DNA of 63,631 nt, the filler included, from Chiloscyllium plagiosum (taxonomy: Eukaryota): the NCBI RefSeq assembly GCF_004010195.1. It is 4 parts of one record of this genome, joined end to end, with 100 filler letters (N's around TTAATTAATTAA, not from the genome) between each part and the next. Parts side by side here need not be neighbours in the genome. Positions count along the whole stretch, not along the records: positions 1 to 24,857 come from NC_057715.1; positions 24,958 to 52,668 come from NC_057715.1; 2 more parts are not named here. One strand, 5' to 3'. Shown here one piece after another: positions 13,285-25,310 of the stretch (positions are counted from its first letter, which is position 1; every line of letters starts with the position of its first letter). The translations under genes were made by a program, and so were the position numbers. The notes under the pieces are model-generated. The model was not told where the DNA came from and did not search any database. It saw nothing but the letters and a program-made list of their open reading frames with translations.

Positions 13285-14585
13285 ATAGATATATACCACA
13301 GGAAAAGAGGTATAACTGGGGGAAAGGCAATTATGAAGCGATTAGGCAAGTTTTAGGATGCATAGGATGGAGAAGGAAACTGGAAGGGATGGACACACTT
13401 GAAATATGGAGCTCTTCAATGAACAGCTATTGTGGGTCCTTGATAAGTATATACCTATCTGGCATGGAGGTAGTTGTCGAGAGAAGGACCCATGATTTAC
13501 CAAAAAAGTTGAAGCTCTTGTCAAGAGGAAGAAGAAGGCTAATGTGAGGATGAGGCATGAAGGCATAGATAGGGGTCTTGAGAGTTATAAGTTAGTCAGA
13601 AAACATCTAAAGAGAGGGCTAAGAAGAGCCAGGAGGGGACATGAGAAGTTGTTGGCAAATAGATCAAGGAAAACCCTAAGGCCTTCTATAGGTATATCAG
13701 GAATGAAAGAATGACTTAAGTAAGATTAGGGCCAATCAAAGATAGTAGTGGAAAGTTATGTGTGGAATCTAAGAACAGAGGGGAAGCACTTAATGAAAAC
13801 TTTTCATCAGTATTCACATTGGAAAAGGGCAATGTTAGTGAGAATACGGAGACACAGGCTACAAGATTAGATGAGATTGAGGTTGACAAAGACGAGATTT
13901 TAGCAATTTTGGAAGATCTGAAAATAGATAAGACCCCTGGGCCTGATGGGATTTATTCTCAGATTCTCTGGGAAGCCAGGGAGGAGATTGCAGAGCCTTT
14001 GGCTTTGATCTTCATGTCATCATCATCGACAGGAGTAGTGCCAGAAGACTAGAAGATAGCAAATGTTGTTCCCTTGTTTAAGAGAGAGAGTCGGGACAAC
14101 CCTGGTAATTATAGGCCAATGAGCCTTACTTCAGTTGTGGGTAAGGTGTTGGAAAAGTTTATTAGGAATAGGATTCATAATTATCTGGAAAGGAATAATT
14201 TGATTAGGGATAGTCAACATGGCTTTGTGAAGGGTAGGTTGTGCCTCACTAACCTTATTGAGTTCTTCAAGAAGATGACAAAACAGGTGGATGAAGGTAA
14301 AGCGGTTGATGTGGTGTATATGAGTTTCACTAAGGCGTTTGATAAGGTTCCACACAGTAGGCTATTGCACAAAATATGGAGTGTCAGGATTGAAGGTGAT
14401 TTAGTGGTTTAGATCAGGAATTGGCTGAAAGAAGACAGAGGGTGGTGGTTGATGGGAAATGTTCATCCTGGAGCTAAGTTACTCGTGGCGTGCTGCATGA
14501 TCATTTTGGGGCCACTGCTTTTGTCATTTTTATCAATGATCTGGATGTGGATGTCGAAGGATGGGTTAGTAAATTTGTAGATGAC

Positions 14586-15895
14586 CACACTCTTGACCCT
14601 AATCTTTCTCCAGTCATTCTTTTATTCCTGATATACCTATAGAAAGCTTTAGGGTTTTCCTTGATCCTATCCACCAACAACTTTTCCTGTCCCCTCCTAG
14701 TTCTTCTTAGTTCTCTCTTTAGGTCTTTCCTGGCTAACTTGTAACACTCAAACACCAACTGAGCCTTCACATCTCATCCTAACATTCTTCTTCCGCTTGA
14801 CAAGAGATCCAACTTCTTTAGTAAACCATGGCTCGACCACTTCCTCCCTGCCTGACAGGTACATACTTATCAAGGACACGCAGTAGCTGTTCCTTGAATA
14901 ATCTCCACATTTCAATTGTGCCCATTCCCTTCAGTTTTTTTCCCCATCCTATGCATCCTAAATCTTGCCTAATCAATAATCTTCCCCTGCATTATATACC
15001 TATTCCTGCCCATTGCTATTGTAAATGTAACTGAATTATGGTCACTATCACCAAAGTGCTCATCTACTTCCAAATCTAACACCTGCTGGGTTCATCCCCC
15101 AGTACTAAATCAAATGTGGCCTCGCCCCTTGTTGGCCTGTCTACATATTGTGTTAGGAAACCATTCTGCATACATTGGACCAAAACTGACCCATCTGAAG
15201 TACTCAAACTATTAAATTTCCAGTCAATATTTGGAAAGTTAAAGCCCCATAACAACTACTCTGTTATTTTTGATCCTATCCAGAATTATCTTTGCTATCC
15301 TTTCCTCTATATCTTTGAAACTATTCGGAGATCTGTAGAAAACTCCCAATAGGGTGACCTCTCCTTTCCTGTTTTGAACCTCAGCCTATACTTCCTCAAA
15401 TGTCCTTTCTGCCACCGTAATACTGTCCTTGACAAACAATGCCACACCTTTCCCTCTTTTACCATCTTCTCTGTTCTTACTGAAACATCTAAATCCCAGA
15501 ATCTTTAACAACCATTCCTATCCCTGCTCTATCCATGTCTCCGAAATTGCCACAACATCAAAGTCCCAGGTACTAACCCATGCTGCAAGTTCACCCACCC
15601 TATTCTGGATGCTCCTAGACACACTTCAAACCACTTTCCTGCTTGCCAGTGAACTCTTGCGACCTTGAAACCTCATTTCTGACCTCACTACTCTCAACCT
15701 CCTGGACACTGGAACTACAATTTAGGTTCCCACCCCCCTGCTAAATTAGTTTAAAACCTCCTGAAGAGCGTTAGCAAATTTCCCTCCCAGGATATTGGTA
15801 CCCCTCTGGTTCAGATGAAGACCATCCTGTTTGCTGAGGTCCCACCTACCCCAGAATGAGCCACAATCATTCAGGTATCTAAAACCCTCCCCCCT
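14586..15895 (-). mobile_element. CR1 fragment (ORF1 end to endonuclease and linker), inverted relative to its neighbour
   Basis: Minus ORF 14501-14770 RIKENPKAFYRYIRNKRMT. Reverse complement is homologous to about 12170-13740. Confidence 0.85.
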
Positions 15896-16685
15896 TAACA
15901 GAAGTTAAACATTTTATTCTAGTCGATTAAACTAAGATAGAAATCTATTGTTTATTGGTTTCACAATTATAGCTTTAACCTTGTAACATAAACATGTTGC
16001 TATTAAATGTGATAAACTCAGTCTTGTTTCAATTGTATTTACGTCAGCATTACCATCAGTTCCTCAAGCAGATGCCCACATATTTTACATTTAACACTTT
16101 AACCTCTTATCTAAAAATTGCATTCCTGAAACAAAGTTATTTTCTAAATTCTATGAATTATTAACCAGATTTTCACAACAAACACCTATGCTACGCGGTT
16201 AGACAAAGACATAGAAGTGTACAGGTCATAACGAAATGCATAATTTTGATTAATTTAACCTTGTATACTTTATGCAATTGTGGAGTTTTAAATTTGTTCA
16301 TGTTAAGTTGATTTCTATTTTTGTGGTGATGGAAAGACAACAATGTAACTATCCGTGGTTGAGAAAGTAAGAGAAAGTCAACGCAAAGGTATGGTTGAGC
16401 TCTACCAGAAAGCAGTTGCTTACAATATTGTCTAATTTTTTTGTTCCTATTTCTCCCCTTCATGTTCAATGTTGTCTTCAATTCTCCTTTTTCCTTATGT
16501 TTCTCTCTCTCAAATTCTCACTTGATTGGTGTTGATAAGGTCATTTCTCATAATTGCCATGTTATCAGTTAGTAACAATATTTGATGCCAGCTCAGTTGA
16601 GCATTGCAGGTCTCCTCCAGAACTGTGTAGGCAGCAGACTATTGTTCTTTATGAAGGCGCAGGTCTGTTGTGCACAAGTACTTAC

Positions 16686-16781
16686 GTCATAGCCCATGTC
16701 AACTTTATATGCCCAGTGGCTAGAGTTTGACTTCTATTTTGATTCAAGATGCAAGATATTACTTGTACTTCCATTAGGAAC
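16686..16781 (-). CDS. candidate internal exon of an unidentified gene (96 nt)
   Basis: Strong acceptor cttctttgtatttgtctcctttcAG and consensus donor GTAAGT. Only one frame is open: (R)FLMEVQVISCILNQNRSQTLATGHIKLTWAM(T). Lies in non-repetitive sequence. Confidence 0.45.
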
Positions 16782-17189
16782 CTGAAAGGAGACAAATACA
16801 AAGAAGTTGAGGCATGGTCACCTTGACAGACACAGGCAATGATCTTCTTGTTTTGCTTTGAGTGAGCTTTCACTCACTAACTTTTCACTAAAGCAAATGC
16901 ACTCATGCTCACTGATTTTAGGTTAGAGAATTGCTTCTTAAAGATATTTGACAGTAAAAAGTAAAGCCTTCTACTGAAAGCCCTTCTCCCATCCTTCTCT
17001 TTATGTAGCGTTGTGCTGTTATTCCTACTTTGTATGCTTTCTTTTCATTCTCCCAGTCATGTTCAAATTCAAAAGGACACCCTTTCAGGTTATCTATGTC
17101 TGGAACTCACATGGCCCAGTATGCAAATAAATATTTTAAATGATGAAGAAGCTGCTTCAGCACCAGACATTTTAAAATCTATTTTCTTT

Positions 17190-18190
17190 CAAGGAATGCA
17201 GGCATTCAGTGACAAAGCCAATATTTGTTGTAAATCTCTAAATACCCTTGAGAAGGGGCAGCGCGGTGGCTCAGTGGTTAACACTGCTGCCTCACGGCAC
17301 CAGGGACCCAGGTTTGATTTCAGCCCCAGGTGACTGTCTGTCTTGAGTTTGCACATTTCTCTCTATGTCTGCGTGGGTTTCCTCCGGGTGCTCCGGTTTC
17401 CTCCCACAGTCCAAAGATGTGCAGGTCAGCTGAATTGGCCATGCTAAATTGCCCATAGTGTTCACGAATGTGTAGGCTAGATGTATCAGTCAGGGAAATG
17501 TAGAGTAATAGGGGAAGGGGAATGGTTCTGGGTGGGATACTCTTCAGAGGGTTGGGCCAAATGGCCTGTTTCCACACAGTAGGGATTCTATGATTCTACG
17601 AAGGTGATGGTCAGCTATCTTCTTGAAGTGCTACCTTCCATCTGAACATACAATGCCACTATGAAGACAATTTCAGAAGTCTTAACCAGTAACAGTGAAG
17701 GAACATATCCTAGTTAGCATAGTGTGTGATTTGGAGGGAAACTTGTATGTGGTGGTGTTTCCATGCAAATGCTGCTCTTGACCTACCAGGTGGTAGATTC
17801 ATGGGTTTGAGATGTGCTGTTAAAGAAGACTTGACGTATTTCTGGAGTATATCTTGTGGATGGTTAATACTCCTGCCACTTTGCCACAGAGGAGGGCGAA
17901 AATGTTTGAGGTAGTGGATGGGCTGATCAAGTATGTTGTTTTGTCTGGGATACTATTGAGTCTCTTGAGTGTTGCTGGAGCAGGGAAGTGAAGAGTATTC
18001 CATTACACTTGCTAGATGGTGGACAGACTTTGGAGAGACAGGAGATAATTTACTCGCTTCAGTGTTCCTAACCTCTGACCTACTTTGTCATCAAAGTATG
18101 GCTGGTCCAGTTTGCTTTAAACTTCAATGTATTGAAAAAGTGAGAATTCTGTATTAGTAATGTATTTGAATATCAAAATATCTATTGTTG
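17190..18190 (-). mobile_element. old CR1/L2-like LINE 3' fragment hosting a SINE
   Basis: Similar to the 36390-37970 LINE fragment and interrupted by the SINE at 17256-17598. Confidence 0.5.
17256..17598 (+). mobile_element. tRNA-derived SINE (HE1/V-SINE-like), near full length
   Basis: A box GGTGGCTCAGTGG, B-box-like GGTTTGATTTC, core GGGTTTCCTCCGGGTGCTCCGGTTTCCTCCCACAGTCCAAAGATGTGC and a CR1-like tail ATTCTATGATTCTA. Confidence 0.9.
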
Positions 18191-18267
18191 AGTAAGCTTC
18201 ACGCAGTCAGGAAGGCGAGATCATATCCAGAGCGACACAGCCTAAGTGATATATACTTGGCGACAAA

Positions 18268-18358
18268 ACCAGACAATGCTGGAAAATTTCAGGTTTGTTA
18301 GCATCTCTGGAGAGAAATCAGAGTTAATGTTTTGGGCCTAGTGACCATTCTTCAGAAT
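18268..18358 (-). mobile_element. Penelope pLTR-derived element (family 2), degenerate hammerhead
   Basis: Reverse complement reads TTCTGAAGAATGGTCACTAGGCCCAAAACATTAACTCTG, homologous to 38622-38720. Confidence 0.55.
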
Positions 18359-20454
18359 GTTTGGTGAATTTGGTAATGTGAGAATTTGATGCCGAGGGGA
18401 AGAGGTGCTTTTTGCTTGTTTTTTTCTGGCTCATTGTTTGTAAGGTTTTTTTTTAGCAGAATACATTGAAGTCCAGGATCAAGGACCTAGCACAAAAGAG
18501 TGCCATCACAGGTAACTATTAATTCATTTGTTAGTGATAGTTACTAATTTGACCATCAATTATAGATTACTTTCAGATTGAAAAGATGTAGGGGAAATGT
18601 TTATAGGCTACAAAATAAAAAGCCAGTGTCATATTTTTAGAAATCAAATTAAGAACTAGGAAATTAAAGTAAGAGATGCTGGGCCAAGTGATGTGTTGAA
18701 ACTGCATGATGCAGGAGTTGGTGGACACCATTGTGGTCCATTTGTATACTTGTAGCAAATGTTGGTTTCTTGGGCAACTCTAGCTCAGAGTTGAGTCTGA
18801 GCTTCAAATACCGTGATACATCAGGAAGGGTGAGAGTTATCTGAATGCTGATGCTGTATTTCAGGAGCAGTCACACCCCTTAGATTAAATACCTCAATTT
18901 CAGTCGGTGGTAAGGGACACTAAGTTGTGTAAGGAGGGCGTGACTACCAACCAGGCAGGTAGAGGGACCCAGGAGTTAGTGCTGAAGAAGCCTCAGCCCT
19001 TGAGCTGATATAACAAGTTTAAGAATCTTGTGAGAGCATGAATGAGACTGAGGTTTGTAGGGAGGATAAACAAACTGACCACAGAATTGTGGTACAGGGA
19101 GCCATTCAAGTGGGGATATATAATCAGGGGAATAGACTGTTGTCTGTGGCCAGAACCAAGAGTCCTGAAGGCTGTGTTACCTACCTGGTGCCGGAGTTCA
19201 GGATGTCTCATCTAGGCTGCAACGGACCTTGGAGTGGGAAGAAAGAGATCCAGTTATTGTGATCCATGTAGTTACCAACAATATAGGTAGAATTTAGATA
19301 GGAAATAGGTTCTGCCGAGGGAATATGAGCAGCTATATTTTGAAAAGAATAACCAAAAACAGTAATAATCTTTGGATTACTACTAGAGCCATGAGCAATT
19401 GGCACAGCATCAACAAGATTAAAGAGGTAAATATGTGGCTCAAAGATCATTAAATTCATGGGACATTGGCATCAGTACTGGGAGAGAGGAGGCTGTTCCA
19501 ATAGGACATGCTCCACTTCAATCATGCTGGGACCTGAGTCCATAAATACAGTCCAAATCACTTAAGTAGGGCAGTTGTTAGGGGTTTTAATTAATAGTGG
19601 GGAGGGGGTTGGATTTAATTAAATGGAAAACTATGAGAAAAGTTAAAGGGGCAGGGCTCAGTAGAGGTCATTAAAATTTCCATAACAAGTAATAACAGAG
19701 TATGGAAAGGGTCAGGCATCTAACTTCAGGCACAGCTGATAATGGGACAACTATGATAATGGGACAGTCAATGTAGGATTGAGTGTGTTGCACTTAAATG
19801 CATGCAGTATACAAAACAAGGTAAATGAACTTGTAGCACAGATTGAAACTGGCAGGTACAATATTGTGGGTATCACAGAGGCATGGCTGGAAGGGAATCA
19901 GGACTGTGAACTAAGTATCCAAGCATACACATACTATGGAAAGGACAGGCAGATGGCTTAGGTGGGGGGAAGGCTGTTGTCTTGTTTTCAAGAAATGAAA
20001 TTAAATCTATAGCAAGAATTGATCTGGAGTTAGAAGGCATAGAATTTGTGTTGGTGGAGCTGAGGCACAGCAAATGAACAAAGGCCCTTTAAGGGGTTAC
20101 GTACATGCCTCCTAATAATAGTCAGGATGTGGGGAAGAAAATAAATCACAAAATAGAAATAGCATGTAGAAAAGATACTAATTCAATCATCATGGGTGGC
20201 TTCAATATTCAGGTAGCCAGGGAAAACATACTCAGGAGAGGATGAGGCAACTGTGGCTGACAAGGGTAGTCAATAATGGCATGAAAGCAAAAGAAAGAAA
20301 ACATACCGTATGGTGAAGATTAGTGGAAAGCCTTCAAAAACCAGCAGAGGTCAACTAAAATGCATTAAGTGGGGGGAGAAGATGAAATATGAGAACAGGC
20401 TAGCTAGTAATATAAAAGAAAATTGCAAGAGCTATTATTTAATAATTATCTAAA

Positions 20455-21790
20455 TGGTAAAAGTGGTAGGGAAACTGCTGGAGAAGATGCTGAGGGATAG
20501 GATCTATTCCTATTTGAAAGAAAATGGGCTTATCAATGATAGGAAGCATGGTTTTGTGCAGGGAAGGTCATGTCTTATCAACTTAATAGAATTTTTTGAG
20601 GAAGTGATAAAGTTGATTGATGAGGGAAGGGCTGTAGATGTCATATACATGGACTTCAGTAAGGCATTTGATAAGGTTCCCCATAATAGAGAAGTGAAGT
20701 TGCATGGGGTCCAGAGTATACTAGCTAGATGGTAAAGAACTGGCTGAGCAACAGGAGTCAGAGAGTAGTAATGGAAGGGAATTCCTCAAAATGGAGACCT
20801 GTGACCAGTTGTGTTCCACAGGGATCCGTGCTGGGACCACTGTTGTTTGTGATATACATAAATGATCTGCAGGAAGGTATAGGTGGTCTGATTAGCAAGT
20901 TTGCAGATGACACTAAGGTTGGTGGAGTAGCAGATAGTGAAGGGAACAGTCAGAGAATACAGCAGAATATAGATAGATTGGAGAATTGGGTGGAGATATG
21001 GCAGATGGAGTTCAATTCGGGCAAATTCGAGGTGATGCATCAAGAGCGAACTATATGGAAAAGTCCTGGGGAAAATCGATGTACAGAGAGATCTGGGTTT
21101 TCAGGTCCATTGTACCCTGAAGGTGGCAATGCAGGTCAGTAGAGTGCATATGGCATAAGAAGGTATATGGCATGCTTTCCTTCAGGGTATTGAGTACAAG
21201 AGTTGGCAGGTCATGTTACCGTTGCATAAGACCTTGATTCATCCACATTTGGAATACTGCATACAATTCTGGTCGCCACATTACCAAAAGGATGTGGATA
21301 CTTTGGATAGGGTGCAGAAGAGGTTCACCAGTATGTTGCCTGGTATGAGGATGCTCGCTATGGAGAGAGGTTGAGTAGATTAGGATTATTTTCATTAGAA
21401 AGACAAAGGTTGAGGGAGGGCCTGATTGAGGGTACAAAATCATGAGAAGTATAGACAGGGTGGATAGCAAGAAGATTTTTCACAGAATGGGGGACTCAGT
21501 TACGAGGGGTCATGAGTTCAAAGTGAGAGGAGACAAGTTTAAGGGAGCTATGCTTGGAAACTTCTTTATGCAGAGTATGGTGGTGCCTGGAATGTGTTGT
21601 CAGCGGAGGTGGTAGAGATGGGCAAGATAGCGTCATTTAAGATGTATCTAGACCAATCTATGAATGGACAGGGACCAGAGGGATACAGATACTTAGAAAA
21701 TAGGTGACAGGTTTAAATAGATGATCTGGATCGGTGCAGACTTGGAGGGCTGAAGGGCCTATTCCTGTGCTGTAATTTTCTTTGTTCTTT
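20455..21790 (+). mobile_element. 5'-truncated CR1 (RT to 3' end) nested in the older CR1
   Basis: HGFVQGRSCL, MDFSKAFDKVPH, VPQGSVLGPLLFVIYINDL and SKFADDTK. Confidence 0.9.
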
Positions 21791-21830
21791 CTTCTTTGTA
21801 AGAGAAAAGCAAACCTGGACATTGGATCAC

Positions 21831-23642
21831 TGGAACATGAGGCTGAAAAAAATAGAAGACAGAGTGTGGTGGTGGAGAGTTGCTTTTCAGACTGGAGGCC
21901 TGTAACCAGTGATATGCTACAAGGATGAGTGCTGGGTCCACTGCTTTTCATCATTTATGTCAATAATTTGAATGTGAACATAGTTTGCATACGGCACCAA
22001 ACTTGGAGGTGTAATGGACAGCAAAGAAGGTTACTTCACAGTACAACGGGATCGTGATAAGATGGGCTGAGGACTGGTAGATGGAGTTTAGATAAATGTG
22101 AGGTGCTGCATTTTGGAAAGGCAATCAACACAGGACTTAAGACTTAATGTTAAGGTCCCGGGGTGTGTTGCTGAACAGAGACCTTGGAGTAAAGGTTCAC
22201 AGTTGCTTGAAATCGCAGTTAAATAGGATAATGAAGAAGGCATTTGATATGTTTGCCTTTATTGTTCAGTGCATTCAGTATAGGAGCTGGAAGCTCATGT
22301 TGCTGCTGTACAGGACATTGGTTAGACCATTTTTGGAATACTGCTTGCAGTTCTGGTCTCCCTGCTATAGGAAGAATGTTGTGAAACTTGAAAGCATTCA
22401 GCAAAGATTTACAAGAATGTTGCTAGGGTTGGAGGATTTGAGCTACAGGAAGAGGTTGAATAGGCTGGGGCTATTTTCCCTGGAGCACCAGAGGCTGACG
22501 GGTGACCTTATTGAAGTTTATAAAATCATGAGGGATATGGTAAGAGTGAATAGAAAAGATCTGTTCCCTGTGGTGGGGGAGTCCAAAACTAGATGGCGTA
22601 GGTTTAGGGTGAGAGGGGAAAGATTTAAAGGGCAACGTTTTCATGCAAAGGGTGGTGCATATATGGAATGAGCTGCCAGAGGAAGTGGTGGAGGCTGATA
22701 CAATTACAACATTTAAAAGATATCTGGATAGGTATATGGAACATGAGGCTGAAAAAAATAGAAGACAGAGTGTGGTGGTGGAGAGTTGCTTTTCAGACTG
22801 GAGGCCTGTAACCAGTGATATGCTACAAGGATGAGTGCTGGGTCCACTGCTTTTCATCATTTATGTCAATAATTTGAATGTGAACATAGTTTGCATACGG
22901 CACCAAACTTGGAGGTGTAATGGACAGCAAAGAAGGTTACTTCACAGTACAACGGGATCGTGATAAGATGGGCTGAGGACTGGTAGATGGAGTTTAGATA
23001 AATGTGAGGTGCTGCATTTTGGAAAGGCAATCAACACAGGACTTAAGACTTAATGTTAAGGTCCCGGGGTGTGTTGCTGAACAGAGACCTTGGAGTAAAG
23101 GTTCACAGTTGCTTGAAATCGCAGGTAAATAGGATAATGAAGAAGGCATTTGATATGTTTGCCTTTATTGTTCAGTGCATTGAGTATAGGAGCTGGAAGC
23201 TCATGTTGCTGCTGTACAGGACATTGGTTAGACCATTTTTGGAATACTGCTTGCAGTTCTGGTCTCCCTGCTATAGGAAGAATGTTGTGAAACTTGAAAG
23301 CATTCAGCAAAGATTTACAAGAATGTTGCTAGGGTTGGAGGATTTGAGCTACAGGAAGAGGTTGAATAGGCTGGGGCTATTTTCCCTGGAGCACCAGAGG
23401 CTGACGGGTGACCTTGTAGAAGTTTATAAAATCATGAGGGATATGGTAAGAGTGAATAGAAAAGATCTGTTACCTGTGGTGGGGGAGTCCAAAACTAGAC
23501 GGCGTAGGTTTAGGGTGAGAGGGGAAAGATTTAAAGGGCAACGTTTTCATGCAAATGGTGGTGCGTATATGGAATGAGCTGCCAGAGGAAGTGGTGGAGG
23601 CTGATACAATTACAACATTTAAAAGATATCTGGATAGGTATA
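21831..23642 (+). repeat. 906-bp direct tandem duplication (21831-22736 and 22737-23642)
   Basis: Both units start TGGAACATGAGGCTGAAAAAAATAG at an offset of exactly 906. About 8 substitutions counted by eye. Confidence 0.95.
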
Positions 23643-23760
23643 TGAATGCGAAGGGTTAAGAGGGATTTGAGCTGAGTGCTGGCAAATGGGACTAGATTTA
23701 TTTGGAATATCTGGTCAGCACGGACATGTTGGATATCTCTATGACCCTATGACTATGACT
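21831..23760 (+). mobile_element. 5'-truncated CR1 3' end containing a 906-bp tandem duplication
   Basis: Two near-identical 174-aa ORFs at 22147 and 23053. CTATGA-type tail at about 23738-23762. Confidence 0.9.
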
Positions 23761-24740
23761 CTAATGGGGAACAAAGAAATGGCAGAGGAACAGTCTAGGT
23801 ACTTTGCATCAGTTTGCACAGTGAAAGACATCAGTAGCGTTCCAGAATTTCAAGAGAGTCAGGGGGCAGAGATGACTGTAGTGGCTATCACAAAGAGAAA
23901 GTACTAGGGAAACTGAAATGTCTGATGGTGGATTCATCACCTGGACCTGATGGACTACACTCAGGCCTCTGAAGGAGAAAGCTGAGCAGATTTTGGAGGC
24001 ATTGGTGGTGATCTTTCAGGAATCACTGGAGTCAGGGAGGGTCCCAGGAGATTGATAAATAACTAATGTAACACCTCTGTTGAAGAAGGGAGGCTGTCAA
24101 AAGATGGGAGACTTTTCGCCAGTTAGCCTGACCAAAGATGGGCCAGTTAGCCTGACCAAGGTCATTTGTAAGATTCTAGAATCCATTATTAATGATGAAA
24201 TTATTGGAAGTACACAATAAAATGAGGTTCAGTCAGTTTGGCTTCATCAAAGGGAGGTCATGTCTGAAAAATCTAGAATTCTTTGAGCAAGGAGCAAGCA
24301 AGTTAATCAAAGGAGAGCCCATGGAAGTGATCTATTTAGATTTCCAGAAAGCCCTTGACAAGTTGCCACACAGGAGTCTGTGAAACTCCTGTTGGGTCCA
24401 GGCATGGATAGAGAATTGGCCTGACTGGCAAAAGGCAGAAAATAGGGATAAATGGAACTTTTCCAGAACAGCAGCCAATGACTAGTGGAATTCTGCAGGG
24501 GTCAATTTTGGCACCACAACTATTCAAGTTTTACATTAAATGAGCTGGAGGAAGGAACTGAGGGCACTGTCATAGGTGAAACAAAGATAGGTGGATGGAC
24601 AGATGGTGTTGATGAAGTGGGGAAGATTTGACAGGCTAGTAGAGTGGTCAAAGAAGTAAGAAGTAGCAGATGGAATACAATGTGGGCAATTCTGAAGTTA
24701 TGCACTTGGGTAGGAAGAATAGAGGGGTAGACCATTTTCT

Positions 24741-24857
24741 AGAGCTGAAAATGTGTTGCTGGAAAAGCGCAGCAGGTCAGGCAGCATCCAAGGAACAGGA
24801 GAATCGACGTTTCGGACATAAGCCCTTCTTCAGGAAGGGCTTATGCCCAAAACGTCG
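24741..24857. mobile_element. family 1 hammerhead element folding back into an inverted arm, truncated by the segment end
   Basis: GAGCTGAAAATGTG...GACGTTTCGGACATAAGCCCTTCTTCAG followed directly by GAAGGGCTTATGCCCAAAACGTCG. Confidence 0.8.
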
Positions 24858-24957
24858 NNNNNNNNNNNNNNNNNNNNNNNNNNNNNNNNNNNNNNNNNNN
24901 NTTAATTAATTAANNNNNNNNNNNNNNNNNNNNNNNNNNNNNNNNNNNNNNNNNNNN
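24858..24957. other. artificial 100-bp contig spacer N44-TTAATTAATTAA-N44
   Basis: Identical structure at 52669-52768 and 60330-60429. TTAATTAATTAA places stop codons in all six frames. Confidence 0.95.
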
Positions 24958-25310
24958 GTGAGGCTGGGGGCAAGGTAGCTGAGAGTGCAATAGGTGGATG
25001 GAGGTGGGGTAATGGTGATAGGTCAGAGGGGAGGATGGACCAGATAGGTGGGAAGAAAGATGGACAGGTGGGATAGGTCAAGAGGGCAGTGCCAAGTTGG
25101 AAGGTTGCATCTGGGATAAAGTGGGGGGTGGGGAAATGAGGCACCAGTAGCACACACAGCTACGTTTCCCCCCAGCCCCGACCCCCTCCTATTTATCTGG
25201 GAGCTCCCTAGGCTCCCAGCCTCATTCCTGGTGAAGGGCTTTTGCTCAAAACATCCATTCTCCTGCTCCTCGGATGCTGTCTGACTGCTGTGCTTTTCCA
25301 GCACCACACT
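24958..25310. mobile_element. family 1-related pLTR pieces in inverted arrangement, degenerate hammerhead at about 25228-25260
   Basis: G-rich arm 24958-25140, then a C-rich arm ending CTGGTGAAGGGCTTTTGCTCAAAACATCC...CTTTTCCAGCACCACA. Confidence 0.65.

Larger units (their letters stand above)
10101..14585 (+). mobile_element. CR1 LINE 5' portion: 5'UTR, ORF1 (Cys-finger plus SGNH esterase), endonuclease, RT
   Basis: ORF1 CSSC..CGKC and VPLNNKY..L, esterase-like IGDS, CFPGA and IGTNE, ORF2 MAISETWL, EHFGDSDH, KTPGPDGI, NYRPMSLTSVVGK, SQHGFVKGR and KAFDKVPH. Disrupted by stops and two nested insertions. Confidence 0.85.
18600..24740 (+). mobile_element. old CR1 LINE (ORF1, endonuclease, RT) split by two younger CR1 insertions
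   Basis: LHLNACSIQNK..IVGITEAWL at 19779, MGNKEMAEE..YFASV at about 23764, and SQFGFIKGRSCL..DFQKALDKLPH at 24192. Segments are about 18600-20454, 21797-21830 and 23761-24740. Confidence 0.75.

Noticed and set aside
17256..17330. tRNA genes at SINE heads (also 47100-47169, 52240-52320, 57722-57790)
   Set aside because: A/B-box regions continue into the SINE core and a LINE-like tail, with no complete cloverleaf or terminator.
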